Of a stretch of DNA of 64,000 nt, positions 49,530 to 62,299 are shown piece by piece. The stretch comes from Takakia lepidozioides (Eukaryota > Plantae > Bryophyta). Location: positions 52,576,001 through 52,640,000 of the forward strand of contig CM060733.1 of assembly GCA_030704615.1 (NCBI GenBank), given 5' to 3'. The translations under genes were made by a program, and so were the position numbers. The notes below the pieces were generated by a model. That model saw only the letters and a list, made by a program, of their open reading frames with translations. It was not told the DNA's origin and did no database searches. Each line of letters starts with the position of its first letter. The first letter of the stretch is position 1.

Positions 49530-50600
49530 CGGCGAGCTGGACGCCCCATGTCAAATCATCCCCACCCCCGACGACCCCTCCGCCCGCCCCCCCCACGCCG
49601 GCACGCCCGCCCCCGCCAGGGACCCCTGACCCCTGTCCCACCGCTGGCCACGCGGCGCCCCACACCACCTTCCGATCTCTAGCCACATGGCGGCACCCGC
49701 TGTGGATCCCCTCACCGGGTTGATCCCCTCTGCGGGAGTGATCCCCCATCTCCAGCCACGTGGCGCTCCCCCGAACCGTCGATCCCCTCCCCATCCATCC
49801 AACCTCAATTAAGTGGATGATGTGGGTCATCCGGCCCTCGCCCCCCCCCCCCGCCATCCTCCTGCGCAGGGGATGGATGACGGCTGGATGAAGGCCCCAT
49901 GACGCATCCATCGCCACGGCGCGCTCCCCCGCCATCGATCCCCTCGTCCCATCCATGGCACGCTCCCCCGAGACGTCGCCGCTCGCCCGACATGCCTTGT
50001 TCCCCCTTCCGGAGTGATCCCCCAACCCGCCACGTGCGGCTCCCCGAACCATCGATCCCTTGCGCATCCATCCAACCTCATGTACCACATGCCATGGGGC
50101 CATGACGCATCCATCGCCACGTGGCCCCCACCATCGATCCCCTTGTCACATCCACGGCCAGCTCCCTCGAGACGTTGTTGCTCCCCGACGTTGCCTTGGT
50201 TCCCCTTCTGGACCGGGAGTGATCCCCCAAACCTAATCGCGCGCCACATGATGCTCCCCCAAACCGTCGATCCCCTACGCATCCATCCAACCTCACAAAC
50301 AATGGATGTTGTGTGTCATCCGCCCCTCATCCCCCCGCCATGGTCCCGCACAGGGGATGGACGATGGCCGGATGAAGGGCCGATGACACTGACAGGCCAC
50401 GTGCCGCTCCCCCACCCTCGATCTCCTCATCCCATCGATGGCGCGGTCCCCCAAGCCATTGGCGGTCCACCCCCCCCCCGCCCCTCGGTTGATCCCCCGT
50501 CCAATGTGGTGATTGATCCCCCTCCAACCATCGGCCGGCACGTGGCGCTCCCCACCGTCGATCCCCTCATCCCATCCACGGCCCCGGGGAAGTCACTTCC
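49530..50600. repeat. GC-rich degenerate tandem region with repeated (TC)GATCCCC motif
   Basis: About a dozen GATCCCC motifs, and larger blocks CCGTCGATCCCC..CATCCATCCAACCTCA at ~49776, 50048 and 50263. Confidence 0.75.
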
Positions 50601-51189
50601 AACCGACGTGCAAAAAAATATAGGGTGCAATTTATTCAGAAAAGATAAAAATTATAAAACATTTAAAAGTAATAAAGGGTACATTATATTGTGATCAGGG
50701 AATTTAAATTAATATAGGGTCTAAAATAATGATTCATTTTATTTTATTTTTAAAAAAAACTATAGGGTTGAGATAATACCTATGAAAAATTCCAAAAATA
50801 TATACATGTTCTTAGGGGAAGGATATAGATATTTGTATGTAGCTTACTGGTAAAATGGTGGCTAGGTAGGATTCAAAAAAATGAGAAGGAAGGCAGGGAG
50901 CAAATGGGGGATATCACGACAGCCTATTGATCTCCTAAATAGACCAACCACACCAGTTATGGTGTTATTAAAGTACTTCTCAAAATCTAGAGGACAATTT
51001 AAATTCAAATATGATCATACCGACAACAAGTGAGTAGATGTAGACTCAATTATTAGTTCAATCACTATGACTTTCGATAGTGCGCAAAACGTTTATACTT
51101 TGAATGCTGATGATGCGAATGCTTTAAATGAATTTATTTCAACCAAATAATAAATTCATTTGTCTTGTAAAAAAAATTATTTTATTGTA

Positions 51190-51705
51190 TGGATGGAAAT
51201 CCGGCGCCGAATTTCCATTCTGCAGGTAACTCAGAGCGCCGAATTCCATCATGCAGGCAATTCGGAGAGCGGATGGATGGAAATCCGGCGCCAAATTTCC
51301 ATCCTCCAGGTAAGTCGGAGCGCCGAATTTCCGTCATGCAGGTAATTCGGAGAGCGGATGGATGGAAATCCGGCGCTGAATTTCCATCCTGCAGGCAATT
51401 CGGAGAGCAGATGGATGGAAATGCAGCGCCGAATTTCCATCTGCCAAGTAAGTCGGAGCGCGCATGGATGGAAATATGGCGCCGAATTTCCATCCTGCAG
51501 GTAATTCGGAGCATGGATGGATGGAAATCCGGCGCCGAATTTCCGTCATGCAGGCAATTCGGAGCGCGGCCGGATGGAAATCCGGCGCCGGATTTCCATC
51601 AAGCAGGTAACTCGGAGCGCGGCCGGGTGGAAATTCGGCGCCGAATTTCCATCCACCAGGTAAGTCGAAGCGCCGAATTACCATCATGCAGGTAATTCTG
51701 AGCGT
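51190..51705. repeat. Tandem array of palindromic GGATGGAAAT(C/T)CGGCGCCGAATTTCCATCC units
   Basis: Full and half copies of the core are separated by GCAGGTAATTCGGAG-type linkers. Confidence 0.9.
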
Positions 51706-51904
51706 GGCCGCTTGGTTTTTTGGTCTAAAAAGACACTAAACCTTTAGTTTTGTGGCTGAAGTCCACTTTTAGACACGTTTTTCAGGGAATTCTCGACTAC
51801 TAGAGAGAAATTCCTTGCTTCTTTTCCATCCCGCTTAGTTCCTACATGGAAATTCGTTGCCGAAATTTGTTGCCGAAATTCCATCTGGCCGCGATCGCGA
51901 TTAC

Positions 51905-53100
51905 ATGCCGAATGGAAATTCGGCGCTGGTTTCCATCCCCTCCGCCCGAGTCGACTTTATCCCGGCACCCCCTGTTGGATATTCGGTGCCGAATTTCTGT
52001 CCGGGGGTTGTAATGTGACGGCCAAGTGCCGGCCTCTCCCCCAGAGCCGACTGCATCCGAACGGCCCCGGATGGAAATTCGGCGTCGTTTATCCATCCGG
52101 GGAGGTTTTTATGTCGGCCAGTTTTCGGCCTGACCCCCCGACACGACTTCCTTTGGGGGGTCCTGGATGGAAATTCGGCGCCGAATTTCCATCCGGGGGA
52201 TATTCTCTGTTGGACAGGTGTCGGCCTCTCCGCCCGAGGCGACTTCATCCGGGCGGCCCCTGTTGGATATTCGGTGTCGAATTCCCGTCCGGGGGTTGTA
52301 ATGTGACGGCCAGGTGCCGGCCTCTCCCCCAGAGCCGACTGCATCCGAACGGCCCCGGATGGAAATTCGGCGCCGTTTATCCATCCGGGGAGGTTTTTAT
52401 GTCGGCCAGTTTTCGGCCTGACCCCCCGACACGACTTCCTTTGGGGGGTCCTGGATGGAAATTCGGCGCCGAATTTCCATCCGGGGGATATTCTCTGTTG
52501 GACAGGTGTCGGCCTCTCCGCCCGAGGCGACTTCATCCGGGCGGCCCCTGTTGGATATTCGGTGTCGAATTCCCGTCCGGGGGTTGTAATGTGACGGCCA
52601 GGTGCCGGACTCTCCCCCGAGCCGACTGCATCCGAACGGCCCCGGATGGAAATTCGGCGCCGTTTATCCATCCGGGGAGGTTTTTATGTCGGCCAGTTTT
52701 CGGCCTGACCCCCCGACCCGACTTCCTTTGGGAGGGCCTGGATGGAAATTCGGCGCCGAATTTCCATCCGGGGGATGTTCTCTGTCGGACAGGTGCTGGC
52801 CTCTCCGCCCGAGGCGACTTCATCCGGGCGGCCCCTGTTGGATATTTGGTGCCGAATTCCCGTCCGGGGGTTGTAATGTGACGGCCAGGTGCCGGCCTCT
52901 CCCCCCGAGCCGACTGCATCCGAACGGCCCCAGATGGAAATTCGGCGCCGTTTTTCCGTCCGGGGAGGTTTTTATGTCGGCCAGTTTTCGGCCTGACCCC
53001 CCGACGCGATTTCCTTTGAGGGGGCCTGGATGGAAATTTGGCGCCAAATTTCCATCCGGGGGATGTTCTCTGTCGGACAGGTGCCGGCCTCTCCGCCCGT
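51905..53100. repeat. 288-bp higher-order tandem repeat (~4 units, 3 x ~96-bp subunits)
   Basis: A perfect 30-bp palindrome starts at 52165, 52453, 52740 and 53028 (period 288/287/288). Confidence 0.95.
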
Positions 53101-56004
53101 TGCCCATATCCCGTGTGTGGGATTGTTCGTGACGGTATGTCTAGGCATTGATCGTCCTGTAGGTCTTATGGCCCATAAATGAAGGTGGGTGAATTTTTCC
53201 CCCTCCTCAAGGGCCTGTGGTTTCCTTTAAGATTTTTTTTTTTTTTTTTTTTTAAAGGCTTTTAGGGTTTACAAAAAGGTTAAAAAACTTAAAAAGTTGG
53301 CCATCACGAAGCAGTGAACAGACTTAGAGCGAGCGGGAGGGAGAGAGAGAGAGAGGGCTGGGACTTAGAACGAGCGAGCGGGAGGGAGGGCAAACATGCA
53401 TGGGAGGCCCGCAGTTGGAGCAACCTTCGCATCTGAAGCAAGCGTCCTAGAAATGTTAGGGTATGTATCCGAGGAGGTTTCGACTAGGAACTCGCAGTTC
53501 TTGGGAGATTCAGCTTGGTCTTAGCAGGCCATGTTTCAATCTCTACCCGCTCAGCTGCACCGTGGTGGTTCTGACAGACCAATCTGACATTACCTGACTA
53601 CAGACACAAGCAGCACACACAAGAGGTCCTCTTGAGTTCATGGTCAGTCAAATCCTCCATGGGTCATGACACAAGGTTAGGGTTTAGGGTCAAGAGAGGC
53701 TACCTTCGCTCCATTGTTGTAGTGGAGGTTGCTCCTCACAGCCACGTTGAAAAATTTGAGTACAGACATTTGTTGATGTGTAATTCCTCAGGCAAACTGC
53801 TTGCAAGGTTTGTGACCAAAAGATGAAAATGTGGTATGCTTGGTTGGCGCAGTGCAACATCAAGTGGTTTTGAGAGTATGATAATATGACGGATCTTGGC
53901 GGGGATTGGTATTGGAATTTCATCTGGCGTAGTGCCCCTGTACATATCAGAGGTAAGGCTTTGTTCTCGTCTCCTTCCCAACTTTCACTAGTGTCTACGA
54001 GAGCAGTGTTAGAAAATGGTTTTGTTGCATGGTTTAACCTCTATCATAGAGCCAAACGCAGCAGCGATCGCCACGGGGCTCGGCCGACGCTGCCTTCCCT
54101 CTCTCTCTCTTATCGCTTGACTGGTTCGTTTCCTAGCTCATGGGAGTACGGCGAGCTGGTGGTTTTAGTTTTTTTTTTGTTGTTAAAGTTTTTTTGAACT
54201 CGGTTCTCTCTTTGCTTTTGTGACTCCTCCTCGAGTCCCATTTTTTCCATCTCATTTGGATCACGTCTCTCGTAGTATGGTACATTTGGTGATTTCGATT
54301 TGGTCTCTTTGCTTTCAGATTTTCTTGCTTTCTCTTTCCTGATTCAATCTGTCTTTAGGTTCTTGATTGTGGTTTCAAACAGTAGTCTGTGTGGATTCTA
54401 TCTTTCCCTCTTCTCTCGCTTCTTCTTATTCTTAGATGTATGCAAGGTTTGTTCTGTCTCTACAGTATACAGATCGACTGGGAGTAGGTGGAGTTTCAGT
54501 GGCTCAAATTTTCAGGAGTTCAATGACGAGGTCATGTGCACATGATCAGGCTCTCGGATTGGCAAGATTTCAATGAGCAGATTGTGGAAGCAGAGGCTCT
54601 GTTGTCAGTGAGAAGGGAACACACACAGGCACAAGGGAGGCAGGGGTCTGGCTTCAATCCTCTCTCAATCCTTTGAATTTCTTTGCTTTGTAATATAAGC
54701 TGGCAGCACTGGCAGCTCCAGACGCCCGTAGCCGGGCGCGCGATCGGGCTGCACGAAGAACCTTAGCGCTTGAGCAGTAACTTTATGCTTGAGATCAATG
54801 TTGCTCAGTAATCCCTAAGCTTTTTAAGTAGTTAACCACATCATAGTAAACTATGAAGAGAACCATGTGACACCCTATGGTACCTTGCAAAGTTGCTTGG
54901 GATATTTGTTGTTGCACCTCATATCCATGACATTGGAGGCTGAGAAAGGGAGCATTGGGGTGGCAATGGCAGGTGTCTCCTACAGAGATCCGTGGTACAC
55001 TGGGAACAGCGAACTAACTTTCCATCTGTGTGGGCATTCTGATGGCTCTTATTGTGGGGCTTCCCCTGAGTGGCAACCCTGCCTGGTACTGACTGGACAC
55101 TGATGTGTCTGTGGACAGATGAAATATTCAAAGAACATGTGTAGCATGATTTGTTTCTGTATTCTAGTCTTTCTTGTCTTGAAGGTGAAGGGTTGCTTTA
55201 GGCCTTCCAGTCATATAGAGGCACATGACATTTGGTCCAGTTAGTTGGAAGGCATAGTATCTGTAATGGGCATTTGTGGTGGCCAAAATGGTCCTTTGAG
55301 AGACAATACTGGTGTTGGGTAAATGGTTGGTACATTGTTTCGCAAATTGAACATGTATTCAATCAAAGTTAATTGGATGCCACTGTGAGACGTTGCCTTG
55401 TATGGAAATGGACGTGAGATTCTTTCTTTGGGGTGATAAAACAGGTGGCGTAGCATGTTTGCATTGGCTGCAGTGTCCTCCTTTGTTTGGGCATGGCATA
55501 CACTCCAGAAAGCCCACGTTGGCCATGCAAGGTTAACTTCCATCCATATACGATGCATCTTGATTTTCTGTATCTTGTTGTTTTTGCAACAGGGTGACTA
55601 TGCAGAGTTGGAATGTTGAACAACTCCAAACAGAGAATTGAGTCTAGAACAACAATTGTTGTGTAATGTGGCTAGCACAACAAATGATTCAACGGAATGA
55701 TGCTGGAGTGTGCAACAAGGGAGGATAGCAGAGGCAGAGACAACGGCAAGACAACTGTGGGGCAAGGCAAAGTTTGAGGTGGCCTTGGCAGACAGAGCAC
55801 TACCCCAGCCAGTACAGACCCAGTGTGTCTTATTCACCCAACTATCGACTTTCTGAAGAAGAGTTCTACAACCAGCCTATCACAAATCCAAACTACCTGA
55901 AGCATATCGGATTATATTAGATTAGATTTCCCGGTAGTAAGCAGTCCTTCCATATTGATTCGTCACCCATTGATTTGCAGCAAACTTATGTTGTGTAACT
56001 TCCA

Positions 56005-56190
56005 GAGATCCCTGGTGACATCATCAAATCTGCAATTGTACCAGATGTCATCCTGAACATTGCTCTGGTGGCCATGTATGCTAAATGTAGGAGCATCCAG
56101 GATGCCAAGGGAGTGTTCAACACTATGGCTGAACTAGATGTGGTGTCGTGGAATGCGATGCTTGCAGGGTGTGCAGAGCAGGAGCGCGGG
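56005..56190 (+). pseudogene. PLS-class PPR motif fragment
   Basis: IIKSAIVPDVILNIALVAMYAKCRSIQDAKGVFNTMAELDVVSWNAMLAGCAEQ. Confidence 0.85.
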
Positions 56191-56393
56191 ATGGGGCTTT
56201 GGACACTTGAAAGCAAATGATGGGGAAAGGGGTGAAGGTACCTTCTTCAACATATTTTACCCTGTTTTCCCTGCTAGTGTGTGCTTTGACAATTATAGGC
56301 TGTCATTGTTAGCTGTTAGCAGCAAGGCGAGGATGTATGCATGATTTGTGCAGAGGCATCGATAGCTGAAGGAGCAGGGATGTGTGGGTCCAG

Positions 56394-56730
56394 ATTCATC
56401 CAAGAGGGCCAGATTTCAAGCACAAGATTACCTGTGATTCCCTGTGGATCAATAGCTACAAGAAACCTGCATGGGTAGATGGTCAACTGGCAGCAGCGGC
56501 AGTGATAAAATCAGGCACTGCTAATGAAGGCATCTTCTTCAACACATTTCACCCTGTTTTTCCCTCTTATCAGAATCGGCCCTAAATTTTCATGTTCAAT
56601 TCTGCAAGTTAGCTGGTTGAGTGAATCTAGTTTGGAGTGACTTTGACATAATACTACCAATGTGACAACAAGAAAGTGTCAAAAAACAGGTAATAGAGAT
56701 GAGGAGAAGTTGTGGAATGAATACTTATCT
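56394..56730 (+). pseudogene. OSB PDF-motif exon fragments
   Basis: HPRGPDFKHKITCDSLWINSYKKPAWVDGQL, then after an intron DEEKLWNEYL. Confidence 0.7.
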
Positions 56731-57278
56731 GAGTTACCATAAACAACACTGGCATTGGTTTTTCATATATGGTATTAGATAATTCTCTATTGTTTTCGCC
56801 TTGGCAGGTTGCTCAGTGACCTTCCCTGGACGCTTTGGAGTATAGCAAGTGAGTATCTCACAATGCAATGTTGGTTGGCGCATCTTATGCAAGAACTTGG
56901 AAAAGAAACAGATGTCCTTGTTGTAATAATTCTTAAAGACATGCAAGCCTTAGGTTTTGATGGGTTGCAGATTGATGGAATACATAAGTAGTTAGAAGAT
57001 TATGAGTGAACACTTTTCAAAGTGTTATAGTTAGACAATTAATTCACATGAGAACATGTGACAATTTTATGTATTTTTAGATCGCGACAAAAATGATAAT
57101 GATAAATATTGGTAAATAGAGATGGTGTACAATCTCTTGGTTTTGCTCAGCTTGTTGCAGTTATGTCTTGCTGCTTTGTTCTCTGTATTATATATTATAT
57201 TTCATCGTTGTAATAGACATATATATGAGTAATATCATAGTCATAATAATGACTACATCTATTTTCACTCTCCAATAG

Positions 57279-57733
57279 TACTACACCATGTGGCAGAATT
57301 ACAAATATGTAAAAAAAATAGCAATACACCCAAAAAAACACCCATCATGATACATGTCAATCTGCTGAGGGATCACGTGTAAAAACTGCAACACGCCACG
57401 TGTTGCAACCGGATTAGCACACCTGTAGTCATAGTTCGTAGTCATGGAGAACGAACACTTTGCCACGTGTCATTTCCTGTATCGAGCACGTGTCACTCTT
57501 GCACAGCCGCTGACATGGACTAACTGTCCGTTCAGTCATTCAGTAAAGCCAGCGTGTATGACTACCCCCACAGCTGCTCAGGCGCCACGTCACAGCCATC
57601 CTGGAGAGTCATATCTGCCATGTCACAACTGACTAGGGCTTTACGTCTTCAGAGTCAGGAAGTCGTAAATGGCTTCCATGACTGCATTTGCAGTCATAAC
57701 ACAGAGACGTAAAAGCCGCAATCTGTTGTAGTG
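57279..57733. mobile_element. Degenerate non-autonomous CACTA element, 455 bp
   Basis: Termini are TACTACACCA and TGTTGTAGTG, with 3-bp flanks TAG/CAG. Subterminal GTCAT/ATGAC and CACGTG repeats are present. Confidence 0.55.
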
Positions 57734-57739
57734 CAGCAA

Positions 57740-60700
57740 GGGGCATCTATCGGCCAAGGAAAAGGAAAGCATCAGGATAGCTCACCCCCAAGAGTAGTCA
57801 GATTGACACTTCCTACCAATAATTCCTTCCCCAAAATCACCACTGGAATTGCATGTAATTCCAGGTTTGCTAACAATTGTCTCCAAATCGGCTCATTCCC
57901 ACACCTAAACTTGGTGGGATGCTCAGCACTGGAAATTGTCGACTCCCCGAAGGCAGCATGCGTGACACCCTTGATCTTTCGAAAAAGCAAACCCCCGGCT
58001 ATCCTGATTATATCAGACGACTGGGGAACGGTCAAATCATTATGGATAACATCAGCAGATCTCAAGCATTTCCTGCAATCCAACCCACCCAATACCAATT
58101 CGCAAATTCTGTTCAAGGGGAAAATTCAGCAGTTCTTCCACTTTCACCCCTCACCAAAATCTCATGGGGGGCATACCTGGAAGACTATCCTGGACTTAGT
58201 GTTAAACCTTCAACCCACATTCTAGCCCTGATGGAGGATGAAGAAATTTATGCCTCTCCTCCACCGATCGAGGCTATCTGGACTTCTGAGGATCTGCTCT
58301 CAGCCCCCAGAAGGAGTCACAGTTTGCAAATTCGAAACCAGGATACCCTGATAAATGGGTTTCAGTTGTTGGGAGCCCACTTGGACTCTGAAGTGGATGG
58401 GGAAAATTACAGAATGGAGGTTCAAAGGACAAGAGATCATATTAATGGCACCAGGCGGGCAGATCACTCTCACTCTTCCTCAGACTCCCAGGTGGAATCT
58501 TCTACGCAGGAGGGGAATCACAACATAATGGACTCGGTGAAAGGAGCTAAGCAATTATCCTCCCCAACAATCATTGACACAACCCAGGCTAATTCGCTGC
58601 CGAACTCTCAAGTGACTTCTCCACCCAAGGTCTTAACTCCCTCCTCTCCACCTTCCCCAAACAAGGTACCATCCTCTCTCTCACCCTATTTCATTTATCA
58701 GGTTTTATCTGGGAACCCTGCTAGATGTTGGATGTTATGCGAGAAAGGGAAATACTTGGGGGGGAAGCAGGTCAGACATAGGTTGCCAGTGTTTGATTTG
58801 CCAGAAAGCATACCCTCTACCCTGGTTTTAACGATCTTTTCAACGTTGTGTTCTTCCCAGCTGACACCTCGGTCTTATCTGTAACCATCTCCACAGTGTC
58901 TGCAGAACAATTCCTTTCATCCCAAGAACTACCCAAAAACACAAAACCAAGAGGGGTTTTCATACTCATCCAGAACAAAACTCGCAAGCCCCGAACAATT
59001 ATGTCTGGAAAAATTCCCTACGACCAAGAGACAATAGGGTTAAATTCTTCTACCACACTTCTAGGCTATCAAATGAGATTGTCAGCCTCAGCCTACCACG
59101 ACCTGCCAATGATCTTTAACCTCCATTCATGGAACATAAGAAGGTTGGGAGCAGACCAGCTTCTCTAAAAAAGCTGAAAATTAAAACTTGGCTGACTCCC
59201 TTCCTTGCAAATCATTCCATCATATTTCAACAGGAGCATAAACTAGATCAAGGGAAAATAGATAGCCTCGCTGATTATCTATGGCCATTAGCCAACTCCT
59301 TATGGAAACCCACTTCCACCGGAACGAAAGGAGGTACTGCAATACTTCTTTCACCTACCATTCAACCGTTCCTCACAATGCATGACACCTGGCTCCCCGG
59401 AAGATTGCAATTTTGTGCCTTATCCCTACCCAACTCAACAGGTCCGATTGGGTTGGTGAATATCTATGCACCCAACAATTCTACTGACAGAGCATAATTT
59501 TGGAACACTCTCAACACCAAAATGAGGGAACAACCTTCAATAGATAGCTGGATAGTGTCTGGAGATTTTAATATGGTGGAGATGCAAGAGGATAGAAGAG
59601 GCGCGGGGTTATTTGCCTCAAACCCAGAAGAAATAGACCAGTGGTTCAACTGCATGCAAACACACAACCTCACAAAAGTAGTGCCAATCTTTGGATAGTC
59701 ATCAAACATCACCTTTACCTGGTCCAATAACCAATCTCTTGCAAATCTAAGTATGGCTCGTCTTGACAGGGCTTATCTTTCCCTTGACCTAGTTTAATAT
59801 GCAAAGAGAGGGAAATTAAGCGCCTGCTTAGGAACTTTGTCTGGGGAGCCGAGACCTCATCCCCAAAACAAACGACCGCTTGTAGCCTGGGCTCAAATCT
59901 GTTTACCTAAAAAAAATGGGGGGTTAGGGATACTCGATCCAGAAACACAGATTGTAGCTCTTCTTGGCAAATGGATACCCAGATTTCTAGGGCCGGAGGG
60001 GGGATGGTGGAAATTCTTGGTCTATGACTACATTACAAAATCCTCCCCTCTCAAGACTACCCAATGGAGCCCTTCCCTACGTTGGCTCACTCAAGGATTT
60101 AATCTTAAGACAGTGGGATCTGCTCTATGGTCTAACATCTGGTCAGCCTGGGGGCGGCTAAGGAAACTGTTTGTAAAAGCCCAGCCAAGTACCTTCTATG
60201 AAGTTAAGATACAACACTTGTTTCTAAACGACACTCCTCTGACCCCTTCTTAGAAAAACCAGGCAAAAAAGGTGGTCCAAATGGGACTGCCTTGGCATCA
60301 GACAGATTCATAACATATGGTTAGGGAACGGTCTCATATCTCTACAATCTATGGCTCAGGCTGTGGGCCTCGCAAGGGCCACTAAAGGCCACCAACAACT
60401 TGTTCAATCTATACCAGTGCAGTGGTTGGCCACCCTTTCCGCAGGCCCTCCGGAACCAGTCCCAAAATCCTGGGCACTCATCATACTTCACAACCCGCTT
60501 ACTATTGTTTTCGTAGATGACATATCCATAAATGATATAGCAGTTTACGCATTCGCTATCAACACCACCTCCCCAAGACTCACACTTACCTCTACAGAAC
60601 CTTTGACAATCCGAGCTATGCCTCTCACCCAGTCCATGTCTGCTGCTGGACAACCACAGATTTAAAGGGAATGAATCCCCAGCCACCCCTCACTATCACC

Positions 60701-61990
60701 ACTAGAGCTTGGCTAGCAACCAACTCCTTTGTATGGATTTTGGGTAGGCCGCTGGCAGAATTGGAAATTGACCCCTTCGAATGGTTGTGGAAATTCAACA
60801 CCTCCCCAGAACCCTTCTTTGCATATACAACCAAAAAGGGCTACAAGGCCCTATCAGTCACCCAACCCATGCACAAGAAATGGGAATCAAAATGGGGGCT
60901 CTACAACTTCCGCGATGAAAACTGGAAAATTATTTGGGGCTCAGTGTGGATCAAAACCTGCCCATCAAAGATAGCAGCTTTTCTATGGCAGGTTGTCAAT
61001 AGAGTTCTCAAAGTTGGGGAATGTTTACAGTTCCAGGGAGCCTTCTTGTGTGCTTGATGTTCCACTGCAGTATTGGAATCCATCAAACATTGTCTTCTCT
61101 ATGTCAAGCACCAGCCAAAATCTGGCCATATGTTAAGTCATTCTATAGATATTGGGATAGAAGACAACTCACGGATACAGACCTCCTTCTTAACTATGAT
61201 CCAGTTTCCAAGAATAGAACCCTAAATTGCCCAGTGTTTGAAACCCTCAGAGCCTCTGCAATGTGGCACTTATGGAAACTACGTTGTAAGAACACTTTCC
61301 AAGGCCACACAACAACAACATCCTCTCTCCTTGACACTGTTTTTTGGGATTTACAAACTGAGGCTAGGAAAGCATGGGGCAAACCCTGTGCAGACATTGA
61401 ACGTGACGCCACGAATGCAGCTGCGCTCCACAAGAAGTTTCAACACACCTGGGGCAGACAGGACCTCATATGCAGCAGCCCTGTGCAAGACCAATGCAGC
61501 TGGAACAAGCTCCCCCCTCAGGCCTGGCGAGATCTTCGTGCACCACTCCACTCTTTCCCCGGAGTTTGAACGGGACATTAACTGGAAACATCAAAAGCCT
61601 TCATCGACTGCTTCTAAGCTGCACTATAGATAGATCTCTCTTTCAGCTCCCCCATATTCAAAGATCTTATTACTCTCTCCTGACATCGCTCTCCCTGCGT
61701 CATCGTAGACAAAGTAGGGTATGCGTTGTTAAGATTTAGGTCTTGGGCAGAGAGCCTTGTTCTTTGGTCTCTTGGACTTTCCTCCAATCGGAGGTGTTTG
61801 GCTCCTGGATCACGAATCTCTGTGTAAGTGTCCATCAGTAGAGGCACGGTATTTTGTTCTACAGACTTAATCTCCATCAGGAGATGATTGGCTCATAATA
61901 CACTGAATACGGTGTGTGTGCCTTATGGCGACAACGGGGTTTTAATTTTTTTCCCCTCAATAATTATCAATAAAGTAACCAGGGATTCTA
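57740..61990 (+). mobile_element. L1-clade LINE, degraded, RT domain deleted
   Basis: APE endonuclease motifs SWNIR, QEHKL, GGTAILL, NIYAPN, GDFNM and ARLDRAY (59110-59790) join directly to post-RT NFVWG..VAWAQICLPKKNGGLG. A zf-RVT-like WKIIW..CPSKIAAFLW segment and a C-terminal WHLWKLRC follow. Confidence 0.88.
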
Positions 61991-62299
61991 TTATATATAT
62001 ATATATATATTGCAGATTTTAGTATGCAAAGTGCAGCAAGCTTGCTTAAAAAGAAGAATTCCTAGACTTCTGTCCTTATCTATAAAATTTCGAGGCCTCC
62101 TTCCCTCTTATGTTTAAATTTAAAGAAAAGAAAAAAACTGATTGTAGCCTCATCGTCGAACATGTCAGCATTTGCAATGAGGTCCTCATATTCATCAATC
62201 ATATTGTAAATCGAAAAAGGAAATCCTTGATCCCTTGCCCGACAACCTGCGCTGCTGCTGGGGGTGGGCCCGCAGAGAAATACTCCCTAATGTGCTAAA

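Noticed and set aside
49410-50694. Overlapping P/G/R-rich ORFs up to 226 aa
   Set aside because: Expected in GC-rich repeats, with no recognisable domain.
51190-53100. CRISPR-like array (palindromic ~30-bp repeats with spacers)
   Set aside because: The spacers are themselves repeated rather than unique, there are no cas genes, and the context is eukaryotic.
51901-53132. Long ORFs of 176-288 aa on both strands
   Set aside because: Artefacts of a GC-rich repeat whose 288-bp period is a multiple of three.
53210-53232. Kolobok-like right end (TTTCCT|TTAA) bounding the arrays
   Set aside because: No matching left end was found in the window.
53675-53692. Interstitial telomeric repeat
   Set aside because: Only about two TTTAGGG-like units, compatible with chance or a telo-box.
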